A stretch of DNA of 64,000 bases, taken from Octopus bimaculoides (Eukaryota). This document shows positions 38,513 through 50,560 of this stretch, one piece after another (the first letter of the stretch is position 1; each line of letters begins with the position of its first letter). The notes under the pieces were generated by a model. That model worked only from the letters and a program-made list of their open reading frames with translations. It was not told where the DNA came from and did no database searches. A program made the translations under genes and the position numbers. The stretch lies in contig NC_069000.1 of assembly GCF_001194135.2 (NCBI RefSeq), forward strand, positions 23,520,589-23,584,588. The letters run 5' to 3'.

Positions 38513-39044
38513 ATGGAAATACAAACTGCTGACAAACAGCAAGCACAGGCTCAATTTACATGGGAGGCTTGCAACACTGCATTTGCCTACCCAACAATAT
38601 TACAGGAAGCTGTTACCACAGCAACCACCACAGCTGGATCAGCAGGAACAACAATTGCTACAATTGCAGTTTCATCTGCAGCAGCAGTTAACAACAACGT
38701 TATATCACCAGCTGATGATACTGAAAATGTAGCTTCTACTGATAACGAACAACAACAGCAACAGCAGCAACAACAACAGCAGCAGCAGCAACAACATCGA
38801 CCATTTGAATGTGAATATTGCCAAAAAACTTTTTCCAAGAATTCCAACCTAACTTCTCACCGGCGATTGCACACTGGAGAAAGACCTTTTGTTTGTGATT
38901 TTTGCAAAAAAACATTTGCAAAATCATGGAACCTAACTTCCCATCGTCGCATTCACACAGGTGAGCGCCCTTACCACTGCGAAACATGTCACAAGGCCTT
39001 TGCCAAGTCTTGGAATCTTACGAATCATAGACGGACGCACACAG
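38513..39044 (+). CDS. C2H2 zinc-finger protein, coding exon 1 (Ala/Thr-rich N-terminus, Q15, fingers 1-3)
   Basis: ORF from ATG 38513 encodes CEYC..HRRLH, CDFC..HRRIH and CETC..HRRTH with TGERP linkers. It ends at CAC ACA G|GTAAAT (donor GT 39045-46, phase 1). A possible acceptor lies upstream at ttgtttgtaatatAG (38488-89), so a further upstream exon cannot be excluded. Confidence 0.93.
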
Positions 39045-40429
39045 GTAAATACTCTCTTGCCTTTACTTATTTTTGTGATAAATTTTGATATAACCTATGA
39101 TGCAAAAATTATCTTGATTATTGTTATTTCTTCTGTATATATGAAGTAGAATATTGTTACAAATATCAAAAATTGATAACAATCAATAGAAATTGAATGA
39201 GATTTCAGAGTTGTGATTCTTTGCAGTATCTGTTTGACAATATGACATGTTTGGTGTATCATTTTTTTCCATGTCTATTGCTGCTGGTTGAATGTTGAAT
39301 ATAATTTAATGAATGTATGTCTACCAGAATTAACAAACTAGAGAGATAAACTTAATCTTCATGGTTTCCATAAGTATGTATCTTAGAAAAAGAAAACTAC
39401 ACAAGTACAAAACCTTTGTTCTCTTTAGAAAATGCAAGGCACTGAAATAACTGAAAGAGAACAAAGTATTTTCAGAAAGTGAAAAATCAGATTACTTTTA
39501 GAGTCAAGTCTGCAACTGGTCCCTGGAAGAATCCTTGGTGTGTTGGGAGAGTGAGAGTCTTGCAATCAGATTTTGAACTTCTTATACATATGATCTGATT
39601 ACTATTTTAGAAAATCGAGTAATATTTTAAAAGAAACTTATGTTCAAAATTGGCTTTGTCTTTTCAGTATATACCTTCTTTGTTTGAGTAAAAATATAAA
39701 GTTATTCCCCTCTTACTAGTATATAACTGGATCTTAATGCTTGGATGGATAATAGGCAAAAAGAATGAACTGGAATAGGATTTGAACTTGTAAACAGGAA
39801 CTATAGAACTAGCTAAATACCAAATTCAAACACCAAGTTGCTTTTGTTGTGGGACCACTACATATTTTTTTTTATCGGCAAAATAGTTTTAAAAAGTTAA
39901 GCATTTCATAGGTCCTTGATGTAGGGGAAAAAATGCCACAATGATAATACTCACTCTTGCATGACTGTAAAGAGTATATTTTAAGTAACAGCACTGATAC
40001 TCAATTGTAGATATATCCCACAAGTCCAAGATTTGTTGGTTAAGATGCCTATTTATTTGTGAAAGTCAAGTAAATGCTATCAATTTTGAACTTGATTTGA
40101 AATCTAATATTTATTAATTGATTTATACCAACACAAAAAGACTAACATAAAATGTTAAGATTTGATATATTCCAGGATTTAACATGGCTGCAAAATCAGT
40201 AAATTTGAAAAATATATTTTTCTCTTTAAGTTTTCAAATATCTGAGCTTTTACAGTTCATTTTCACTTGTGTTTCTAAGGCTTATTCCCCATAATTATTA
40301 TCTCTTCTCTCATTATGTATGTCTAAATTTTAACCATGTTCCATATTATAATTTCTTGGTAATCAACAATTTCTGGTGTTAGGTACTCCTTACTGTTATC
40401 TTTCTTGGTTAAGTATTATAGTTATATTT

Positions 40430-42100
40430 ACAGAAAGGATATGAGGCACAGGCTATTACATCAGGTTCAGTCCCACTGCATGGTACCTTGGGCAAGTGTC
40501 TTCTACTTTAGCCTTGGTCCAACCAAAACATTGTGAGTGGATTTAATAGATGAAAATCCAAAAGAAGCCTATCACATATGTGCATATATGAGGGTGTACC
40601 CAAAAGAAACTGGAATTTTGCAATATTTTATTCACTTAGTTTTACATGTTCACTCTTTTACCACCTTCAAAGTATTCTCCATTTGAAGCAATGCATCAGT
40701 CCAGATACGCTTTCCACTGTTCGAAGTTGTCCTGGATTCTTGTGAAGTGATGCTTTTTAACACCCCTGTCGTTTTTTCCTTCACCTTTTCTACATCTGAA
40801 AAACGTTTTCCTTTAAGGATTTCTTTCATTTGGGGGAACAAAGAAAGTCACGGGGAGCAAGATTGAGTGAATAGGAAGGGTAGGTAAGCGGGGTCTTGCC
40901 ATTTTTGGTTAAAAACTGTCTCACACTCAGGGCGGTGTGCACAGACACAATGTCATGATGAAACCACCACTCTCTGCTTGCCACTGTGTCTTGCAAATAC
41001 TTTAGAACTGCCATATAAAATGTCTGGTCAACAGTTTGACCAGGAGGAACAAATTCTGTGTGGACAATTCCTTTCGCATTGATGAAACAAATCAGAATCA
41101 TTTTGACGTTGAACTTCACTTGATGTGCTTTTCTGGGGCATGATGACATCAAATGCTTCGATTGACTTGATTGTTGCTTTGTTTCTGAGTCATAGCCATA
41201 ACACCAGATTCATCACTAGTGATGACCTTTGAAAAAGGATCTGGATCAACTTCCAACTGTTCTTTCAGTTCACAACATGCATTCAGTTGTGACTGGTTTT
41301 GGTCTTTCATGAGCAAGTGAGGTACAAATTTTGCTGCAACTCTTTTCATTCACAATTCCTTGCTCAAAATTTGTTGGCAAGAGCTCCAGGACCCACCAGT
41401 CATATCAACAAGTTTGCCAATTTTTCAGTGATGGTCCTCCAAGATCAATTCATGAATTTTCATGACATTTTTATTCCTTCGGGAGGTCATTGGTTGGTCG
41501 ACGGTTGCCCTGAATGAGGTTGGAAACCACTTGTGAACTTGTGTTTTGCTCATAGCAGCATCCTCGTAAACTGCTTAAGGCATAACAACTGTTTCGGCTG
41601 CTGTTTTCCCTGGCAGAAAACAGAATTTTACAGAAGCACGCTGTTCCTTCATTCCAGCCATTGCAAAAATTGATGAACAGGGGAGAAGCACTGCAAAACA
41701 AAAACACACCATGTGACAGGATACCACTGCCGGTCGGCCGACTGATGCCTGAGAGTTGCATCAAGTGGCTTCTCACAGCAAAAGCCTGAACTATAATGGG
41801 GTTGTTCCACAGAGAATGTTTCTGGTTACTTTTGAGTACCTCCTAATATATATACTGTGTGTGTGTGTGTATGCCCTTGTCTTGACATTGTGTGATGGTT
41901 ATAAATAAACATCACTTACAAGCAATATTGTTCATTTCCTGTCTTCCATGAAAATATGTCCAGCTAAGGGGAAATATTACCTTACTAGAAAGCAAGAGTT
42001 GGCAACAGAAGGGGCCATAGAAAATCTGCCTCAACAAATTCTGTTTGACTCATGCAAGCATGGAAAAGGGACTATTAAAACAATGATGATGATGTATGTT
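40430..42100 (+). mobile_element. SINE (family D head/core plus family B-like tail) split by the mariner
   Basis: Core ggttcagtcccactgc..ccttgggcaagtgtcttc..aagaagcc up to 40588. It resumes at 41847 with (TA)(TG)n and a tail ending gcaagcatggaaaag..atgatgatg. Confidence 0.75.
40589..41846 (-). mobile_element. Full-length degenerate mariner (DD34D) element, about 1.26 kb, TA TSD
   Basis: TIRs tgagggtgtacccaaaagaaactggaa (40589-) and ttctggttacttttgagtacctcctaa (-41846), flanked by TA. Protein remnants: VKFCFLPGKTAAET..KWF; RVAAKFVPHLL..VITSDES; HHDIVSVH; YPSYSLNLAPRDF; LKGKRF. Confidence 0.92.
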
Positions 42101-42513
42101 CATGTCTTTGTGTACGGCCCTTCTCCAACAAAGAGTCTTGCCTAGTAATCTTTATTTTTCATAGTACACTAACATGCATCACATTTTTATATACATCCTA
42201 CTTGATTCTTGTTAAGACAGACCATCACTACTAACTATTGTTACATAAACTGGACTCACCTTAGGTATCTCCTTTGAATATAATATAGTTTAGATATTCT
42301 TTGCTCTTTAGTTGAGATATGTGCCAATCATTTTTCTAATTACTATCAAACTCTAGCCTGCAAAACTCAGTAGTTGGGAAAGACAGGCTCCTGAAGTATA
42401 GTTTTTAAAGAAGATAAGCTTTGCACAAAGATCTATTTATTCTCTGCAGCACCAAAACTCAGGCCTTGTAAATTGGAGATCTTTGTGATTCAAAGATATT
42501 TTATAAATGATGT

Positions 42514-42575
42514 CTAAGAATTTTTTGTATTCTCCACACTACAGTCCTCTGCTCTACCAACTGAGCTATCAAATA
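42514..42575 (-). pseudogene. tRNA-Tyr(GTA) gene fragment with 17-nt intron, 3' half lost
   Basis: Minus strand TATTTGATAGCTCAGTTGGTAGAGCAGAGGACTGTAG matches the eukaryotic tRNA-Tyr 5' exon (CCTTCGATAGCTCAGTTGGTAGAGCGGAGGACTGTAG, recalled) at 33/37. Then 17 nt, then ATTCTTAG (cf. ATCCTTAG). There is no T-arm or B box afterwards. Confidence 0.72.
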
Positions 42576-43208
42576 TTTGTTTGATCTCACATTGTTCCTG
42601 AAGCTAGTGTCATCTATACTCAGTGCTTTCTCCATTTCTTATATATCTTTACAATTTGATCCAAAGATCCAGAGGTGGTTTCAGGCATATTGGTGTGAAA
42701 GGCTAATAAAGAAATGCACAATTTGCTTGGTCATATCTAAATCTGAAACCTTTCATCTTAATTTTTTTTTATATAAGAATTGTTCTATTCCAACACTAGT
42801 TTAATAAAAGAATAAAGCCAATGGTTGCTCAATCTGTTAGAAATAGCAACTAAATTTTCCTCAAGTGACGTTCTACATGTTTTAAAAGGTCACACTGAAT
42901 AATATAGTCTTGAGTAAGTATGTCTTAAAAAGATGTAAAGGTCATGGCTTCAAAGCTTTCAGTCAAAGGATTACTCAATCAAGATGACATGTTCTTAAGC
43001 AAGGGAACTTGGACTGAATTAAAATGGGCTACACACTTTCATACATTTGGCCATTAATTCAATCCCATGTTTGGTTGTTAGCCTTATTGTGGTTAGGGAA
43101 CTGAAGATGTGACTACAGGACATGAAAGCATACTTCATATTGGTAAGTTATCAGTAGGTAACTGAGGTTCAGTTATCTAAAGTCTCTGCCAATGTAACAT
43201 GGACTGGT

Positions 43209-43400
43209 TTAACCCTTTAGCATTTAAACCTTCCATATCCAGCCAAAATATTCCACCTATTATACTTTCAAACGAGCCAGATCTGGTCACTTGCAATTAC
43301 CCTACAATATTATTCTAAAAATCTGAAAGCTACAAGATAATGCAGGACTAATCCAAATCAATATGAATAAAAAAGCATTACATTTGACAGAGAAATCTGA
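43209..43400. mobile_element. Probable MITE fragment with TTAA-CCCTTT terminus (piggyBac-like)
   Basis: Begins ttaaccctttagcatttaaacc. No matching right terminus was found. Confidence 0.3.
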
Positions 43401-45392
43401 CTTAATCACTGGCAGACAACATGGATAACAATTGTTATGAATACAAGTTCAAATGAAGGACCAATTAAACCTGTGAAGTAAATGCTAACATAAATTTCAC
43501 AACTTGTATTTATCAATCTGAGAATATTGAATAGCTCTATCAAACAGATTAAGATTTTAATGCAAAATTGAACTACTGATCGATATGTCCATTCTATACT
43601 CTAAATTTCGTGCTATCCAAATATTCTCCAAAGTAAGTTTTTAAACTGTTGTTGATACCTCAACATAATAGGCCTGTCTTTTAAGTGCATCCTGCTTCCT
43701 TCTAAAAGTTAGCTTTTAGAAAGGAAAGTAAGAAAAAAGTAGTTGTATTTATATTTCTCAATTTTTTTTTTTTTTTATAGAACATGTAACTCACGTTTGA
43801 CTGATTTTAAAGTGATTATATTTGAAATTGAAACCTATTATAATTTTATAGAACTGTTTGATCTGTTATGTCCCAGCATTAGCTTATATATCAGTAAATG
43901 AAATCAAAGGAATCTTTACATAGTTGCTCAACCTGTTATAAACAGTAAACAAATTTCCCTCAAATGACATCCTACATTGTCTTAAAAAGGTAGGGGAGCC
44001 AAGATTAAAGTCCTAGATAAAGTGTACCATCTTAGAAAATACCAGCTTTACATAAGTGGTTGAAAATGGAAGCAAACCTTTTTGGACAAGGAAGTAAGTT
44101 TTTCTTGTACTAGCATCCAGAAGTTTTCTGAACCTCTCGAGCGAAACTATTTTTCTCTTGTGAATTCAGTGTCATACTCTTCCAAGGAAATCACAGGAAC
44201 TTATTTTTCAGAAGCAAAAAGATTTCTAAGCAAGTTATGAAATCTTTAAGTAAGCAAAATGCCAGTAGAAATGTATTCCCAGCTAGATACAACAAATAAC
44301 TTTTGTATTTTATAGTAAAACAACTGACTACAGTATGTACTCAATGGTAATAGTCTTGGAATTTTTGTCAGAACCAACACTGTCGAGATGTCATCTTTCA
44401 CAACAGTTTCTTGTTATCTATATGAAAGTTTAAACGGAAAATTTTAAACAGAATATTACCTTGTGTGAAATCTGAATATATTTGTAGATTTTTGAATTAA
44501 ATGTTTAATATTCTATTCCAAGTTGTGTGTGTGCACGCGTGCGCAATCCTCACCATCATCATCAACATAGTTATTATCCACTTTTCTAAACTGTTATGGG
44601 TTAGGTTTTCTGAAGCAGTGCTTTATAGCCAGATGCCCTTCATATTGCTAGTCTTATGCTACAGATGCAACAGTACCTATTCTAAACACCAGGGTAGACA
44701 GTGTGTTTGTGCACACACACATAATTTCATGATATAACCAACATATTAGCTTTTTCTAAGGTCATACCTTAAAGTAGTCAGACTAAACCACATTCAGTAA
44801 TTAAATTGTTTGTTAAATTTTCAATAATTAGATGTTTGTTAAAATTCATTAATTAAATATTTGTTAAATTTTCCTTTAGTTGTGTGTCTCAATACTTAGT
44901 GAGCTTTATCTTATGCAGCCTGCTGAGTGCAAAATGATTGGTAATTGTTAAGATTTATGATCAAAAGCATTCTAGCCATATTCACACCAGCCAATATTTT
45001 GCAAACTTTATCTCTGACTACATATATCCTACCTTATTTGATTTGAGAGATAATGTTCGTGTTTTCAAATGTGATGCTTTTACAACTTTAACTATGGAAT
45101 GAACTCAAACATGATCAAAATCATTAATATAATAAAACAATGTTGTGAAGATCTATAGTAGATTTATACATCAAAATAGTAAGAAAATTTATAAAACATG
45201 GAATTTTCACCTGATAGTTAAATTATTAAAGAGAAAATGTCATTATTAATAATCTTTTTATTTTTCACCCTTAAAATTCTATAATTTGTCGCTTTTCTAA
45301 AAATCCATTATTATTTGTGTTATGGTGGCAGTGTGAGAGGAAATCTCCAGTATGTGTAACTACTATTTTCTTTGTATTTATATCAAGGCAAG

Positions 45393-46791
45393 CATCATCG
45401 TCATTGTTTAATGTCTGCTTTCCATACTGGTATGGGTCAAACGGTTTGACTGAGGGCTGACAAGCCAGAAGGCTGCACCAGGCTCCAATCTGATCTGGTA
45501 AAGTTTCTACAGCTGGATGCCCTTCCTAATGCCAACCTCTCCGAGAGTGTAGTGGATGCTTTTTACATACCACCGGCACAAGGGCCAGTCAAGCAGTACT
45601 GGCAGCGACTATGCTTGAATAGTGCTTTTTACATGCTACCAGCATGGGAGCCAGTCGGGCAGCACTGGCAATGATCACACTTGAATGGTGCTTTTTATGT
45701 GCCACCGGCATGGGGCCAGTCAAGCAGCACTGGCATTGACCACACACTAATGGTGCCACCGGCATGGGTGCCAATCAGGCGGTACTGTCATTGGCCACAG
45801 GTCTTTGCAAGTGCAGTTTATTGCCCAATGATTGAAGGGTACTCTTAAATGGGCCAGTTATGCTGCACTGACATAGGCCATGGTTACGGTCTCATTTGGC
45901 TTGCCAAGTCTTCTCAAGCACAGTATATCTCCAAAGGTCTCTGTCACTTGTCATCTCCATGAAGCCCAACATTCAAAGGCTGTGCTTCACCACCTCATCC
46001 CACGTTTTCCTGGGTTTACCTCTTCCACAGGTTTTCTCTACTGCTAGGTTGTGACACTTTTTCATATAGTTGTCCTCATCCATAAGCAACACATGACCAT
46101 ACCAGCGCAGTCGTTCTCTTGCACACCACATCTGAAGTCCAGCTTTTCTCTCAGGGTGCTTCCACTCTGTTGTGTATGCACACTGACATTACACATACAG
46201 TGAAGCATACTAGCTTCATTCCTTGCAAGCTTACGCATGTCCTCAGCAGTCATGGCCCATGTTTCGCTGCTATGTAGCATGGCTGTTTGCACACATGCGT
46301 TATACAGTCTACCTTTTACTCTGAGCGAGAGGCCCTTTGTCACCAGCAGCGGTAGGAGCTCTCTGAACTTTGCCCAGGCTATTCTTATTCTAGCAGCTAC
46401 ACTCTCAGAGCATCCACCCCTGCTACTGACTTGGTCACTTAGGTAATGGAAGCTATCAACTACTTGTAGTTTTTCCCCCTGGAATGTGACAGAAGCTGTT
46501 TTCTGCACATTTTCAGTGTTTATTGCCCCTGAGCATTTGCCACACACAAAAACTACCTTCCCTGTTAGCCTTCCTTTGATATTGCTGCACCTGTGTCCAT
46601 AGCTTACACCAGGTACATCTTATGGAGTTTCTACCTATGCCTTTTCTACAGATCCAGCTGGGTCATCTACCTGAAGGGATTTGTGGTTTGTCTGCCTTCC
46701 TACTTATTAAGACTAAGGGCCTTCTATTCTAGACCTTGCTTCCACACCTGAAACCTCTCTAGTTCTGATAGTGACTCAGCTATTAGAGCAA
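45393..46791 (-). mobile_element. 5'-truncated RTE LINE, same family as 19733-21468, antisense in the ZNF intron
   Basis: LALIAESLSELE..; ORF 46062..46547 (YLSDQV..IAWAKFRELLPLL..SETW); the same 3' UTR and (GAT)n tail. Confidence 0.92.
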
Positions 46792-47631
46792 TCTTTTAAC
46801 ATCCACTTTTCCATGCTTGCATGGATCAGATGGAATCTGCTGAGGCAGATTTTCAATGGCCAGGTGCCCTTGCTATCACCTATATCTAGTCAAGCAAGGT
46901 GATATTTCCTCATGACTTCACACATTCTCCCCCAAAGACTGGAAATGAACAACCTCACTTGTATGATGGTGATGCTCATTTACAACCATCACATGATGTC
47001 AAGAGAAGGGTTCACATACATATATATAATATATACACATGATGGGCTTCTTTCGGTTTCCAGCTACCAAATCCACTCTCAGGGCTTTTGTTGACTCAAG
47101 GTACCCATGCAGTGAACCCAAAGCCACATGGTTGAGAAACAAGCTTATTAACCATGCATGCTCTGATGTATATAATCTATAAAATACTAGATTGTCTACC
47201 TCTCGAAAAATGAAATTTCAGTGTATGTGTAGAGTGTAAATTATTTTTATTGAGGGAATTGAAAGTACAAATCTTCAGTTACATTTCAGATGAAACTAGT
47301 TTGTTACCTTTGTAGATATATTCTTTCTTTTGTGTATTAACATACTACCCCATCCCCTGGACATGCTACAGATTCTCATTATAGCTTCCTATGAATTTCA
47401 GTCCTTAGTCTGAGTAAGAAAATTAACTATATATCCTTTTTACCTCTTACTTGTTTCAGTCTGTTCAGACTGTGGCCATGCTGGGGCACAACATTGGAGA
47501 ATTTTAGTGAAATGAATCAACCATGGTATTTTATTAGTACTAGTAGTTATTCTGTTAATCTCTTTTGCTGAACTGCTAAGTTAAGGGATGTAAATTCACC
47601 AACACTGGTGTCAAGTAATGATGAAGGACAG

Positions 47632-47663
<32 letters not shown>

Positions 47664-50329
47664 TCAACAGGTTTCCGAGACTTTGGTCAGTCTGAAGCTA
47701 TAGTAGAGGACACTTGTCAAGGTATCATGCAATGGGACTGAACCTGGAACTGTGTATGGTTGGAAAGCAGACTTCTTCCCACACAACCACTCCTGCATCT
47801 GTTGAAAAGTTTAGACTTGTTGAGAGCTAGATTAAGTGTCTTACAGTATCATAGTTTAGTTATTGTTACCTCATGATTTTGAATTCCAATCTCAATAATG
47901 TTAGCACTTCCATTGAAATAAACTCTACAGACTGCTCTTCTGTTTTACTGGATGTTGTAGATAATTTCTGTTACCAAAATGACATAATTAGTACTGAATA
48001 TAGTAGTCATAAGCCTCAGGTCAGCTCTGATTGTGCAAATTTATGATAAAAAGTAAATTAGCCATGACCTCATATTTCATTCATTTGGACATGGTGTATC
48101 TAGGACCACACTGTTGAATGTATTCCTTTTCTAAGATGGCAGGTTGTGCTATTTTTAGCATGTTGAGCAACCACATAGAAGCTATCCCATTGACTCATGG
48201 AAGTAGCTGTTGGTATTTAACCCCAGTTGTAACATCCCTGTCTTGTTCCTAGGAGTAATGCTTCTAGGATTACATTATTTAATGCTCAGTTATTGTGAGC
48301 ACACAAAATAGAATCAGAAGAATGACAAGTATACTCATTCTTAACACATTCCAGTGGATTTAAACATGCTATTCACTGCTTACTTTCTTCTTCAGGGAAC
48401 AACTGTCTTTAAATTATGTGGTGACAGCACATACGATTTAGTAACATAACAAACTCTGGGTTTTCAGTATGATTGTCTCTTCAGTCATAAACTTTGTCCA
48501 GGACTCTGGATCTAAAAGAAAATGGTCGTTCTTACATATGGGATTCAGCAAGCAAAATATTTGCTGATGCATGCTTATGTCTGTCAAGCTAGTATAAAAT
48601 TATTGGGAACACACAAAATGACAATCAAAACAACAATATATATGTGCACTCTTACATTCTACAAACATACTTAATGTATTCAAGCTCAAATCTGCTGGAA
48701 TGTGTTGAGAACGAACATATACATTACTTTTTTAAAGATTTTAAAGCTGTCATTTGAGAAAGATTTGGTTGTGATTTCCAGCAGGTCAAAGAGCCACATA
48801 AGAACTAGCTTGTGGGGTGGTTTTATAAAGTAACAAATGAAAACGTTCAGGAAACTTACTTGTATTGGAAGCAAAAGGTTTTTCTCTCCATGTAAAAGAT
48901 CCAAATGTATATCTGCATATGGAACGTGATGTGCTAGTGGTGCATGAACACTATCTAAATAATTAGTAGAGGATAGGGAAAAATGAGTTGAGCATGGATT
49001 CATTGAATGTGTAATGTTAATTTGTATGATGGAAGGGAGAGGATGCAAGTGAAATGAGAAGGCAGCAAGACATTAAAAGCACCAACACACATGGACTGAT
49101 GAGTTTGAATTTTCTTTTGCCCATCTAGGAGTGGATGCGAATAAAATAAGTATTTGCTATATACTGAGGTTGATTTATTACACTGTCACAGGACATGTAC
49201 TGGGACTGATTAAAATACTATTAGAAAAGTGAGTTGACAAAAACACTAATATACTTGACTGAAATTCTTATATATAGGTTTATGTGATGTATACTCTTTA
49301 AGTTCATACCCTAACTTTGTTTTTATTCCTTTTGGCTCAAAATAATTATCAGACAGGTATGTATGTTGGGATTATTTCAGTTTGTGCTATTCTTCACTCC
49401 TCTCTACTCTTTTACATTTATAGGCTTCCTTTAGATAATTAAATATGTATAATTCTATAAATTCAGTTTCTGTCTATCTTATTTAATACTGTGATTCTGA
49501 TTGAAATATTGTTAATACTTTTTTTAAGACTTGTCATAGCTCTTGAATGCTGTTCTAAATAGCCCTCATCTATCATAGGCTCTATCCATTTTTTTTTCTC
49601 TCTCTCCTGTTACCTGAAAGTAGAGCTACCTATCTTGCTTCATATAAACCCTTCTCTGATATCATAGTGCTATTTTGACATTTGAATCTAGTGCTGGCAA
49701 ATTTGTACGTAATGTCACAACTTCTAATTTATGACTCCACCAGGAAATGAAATCTCAAAGAAAAAAAGAGAAACCTGATCAAGTGGCCTACCATCAAATC
49801 ATTCTAGTCATGATTTAAGGTAGTGGGATGTGATTTACTGTTGATTTGGTTGCTATTTGTTTTAGGTCAGGTAACAGCATAGAAGCCCTGGCAAGTGATT
49901 GTAGTATGCGTGTTAGTGAAGTTTTGTTAATGAGTCTGACCACCTTTGTTTTAATGCAGGTTATATTGCAGCCATTGGAGGTATTTAAATGGAAATTTGT
50001 TAATCAGCAAATGTATAAGCTAATTTGTATTTTTTTTCTTTTCCTCCTATCTTGAAAGTTTGTTGGTCTATAGTTTGTTCTGATACACAGAATTTTAAAA
50101 CTGATTTTGTTGGAGAATAATGTCTTGTCATATGTTACATTTTATGTTTAACTAATGATATGAACAATTTGTGAATTACTAAAGTAGTTTGTTGCTATAC
50201 ATAATATATTATTACTTACATAATTAGCAAAGGTTTTGAGTTGAGGTTAGGGAACTGCTTTGTTGACAAAGGTACAAAATGACATGTGCAAGCACAGGCA
50301 TCACTGTTTCTCAAAAACTGGTCCTTTTC

Positions 50330-50560
50330 AGGGGCAGAAAATATCTCAGCCCATAACATTTACTGACACTCTACAAAGCGCAGGTAAACCCCACAACAAA
50401 GTATTACTCTCATATCTGGAATGGTGTTGCTGCTGAACATCAGCCCCCTGAAACTCCCTTCCTGCTCATATCTTAGCTGTAGGTGTTTAATAGAATCAGT
50501 CTCACTGATATTGGAGAGCTTGCAAATACTCTGGTGGGTACTACCTCTTCTTCCAGCTCA
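50330..50560 (+). mobile_element. Small CR1/Jockey-group post-RT fragment
   Basis: LTLYKAQVNPTTKYYSHIWNG (cf. LTLYKAQVRPxMEYCSHIW). Confidence 0.45.

Noticed and set aside
39045-39088. ORF extension GKYSLAFTYFCDKF* giving a 3-finger protein
   Set aside because: It is read-through into the intron. The donor and the exact linker reconstitution favour splicing, and no nearby polyA signal was seen to support a short isoform.
44036-44099. Possible cassette exon in the ZNF intron (donor GAA|GTAAGT at 44094)
   Set aside because: No polypyrimidine tract, a 58-nt length that would shift the frame, and overlap with a family-E repeat.
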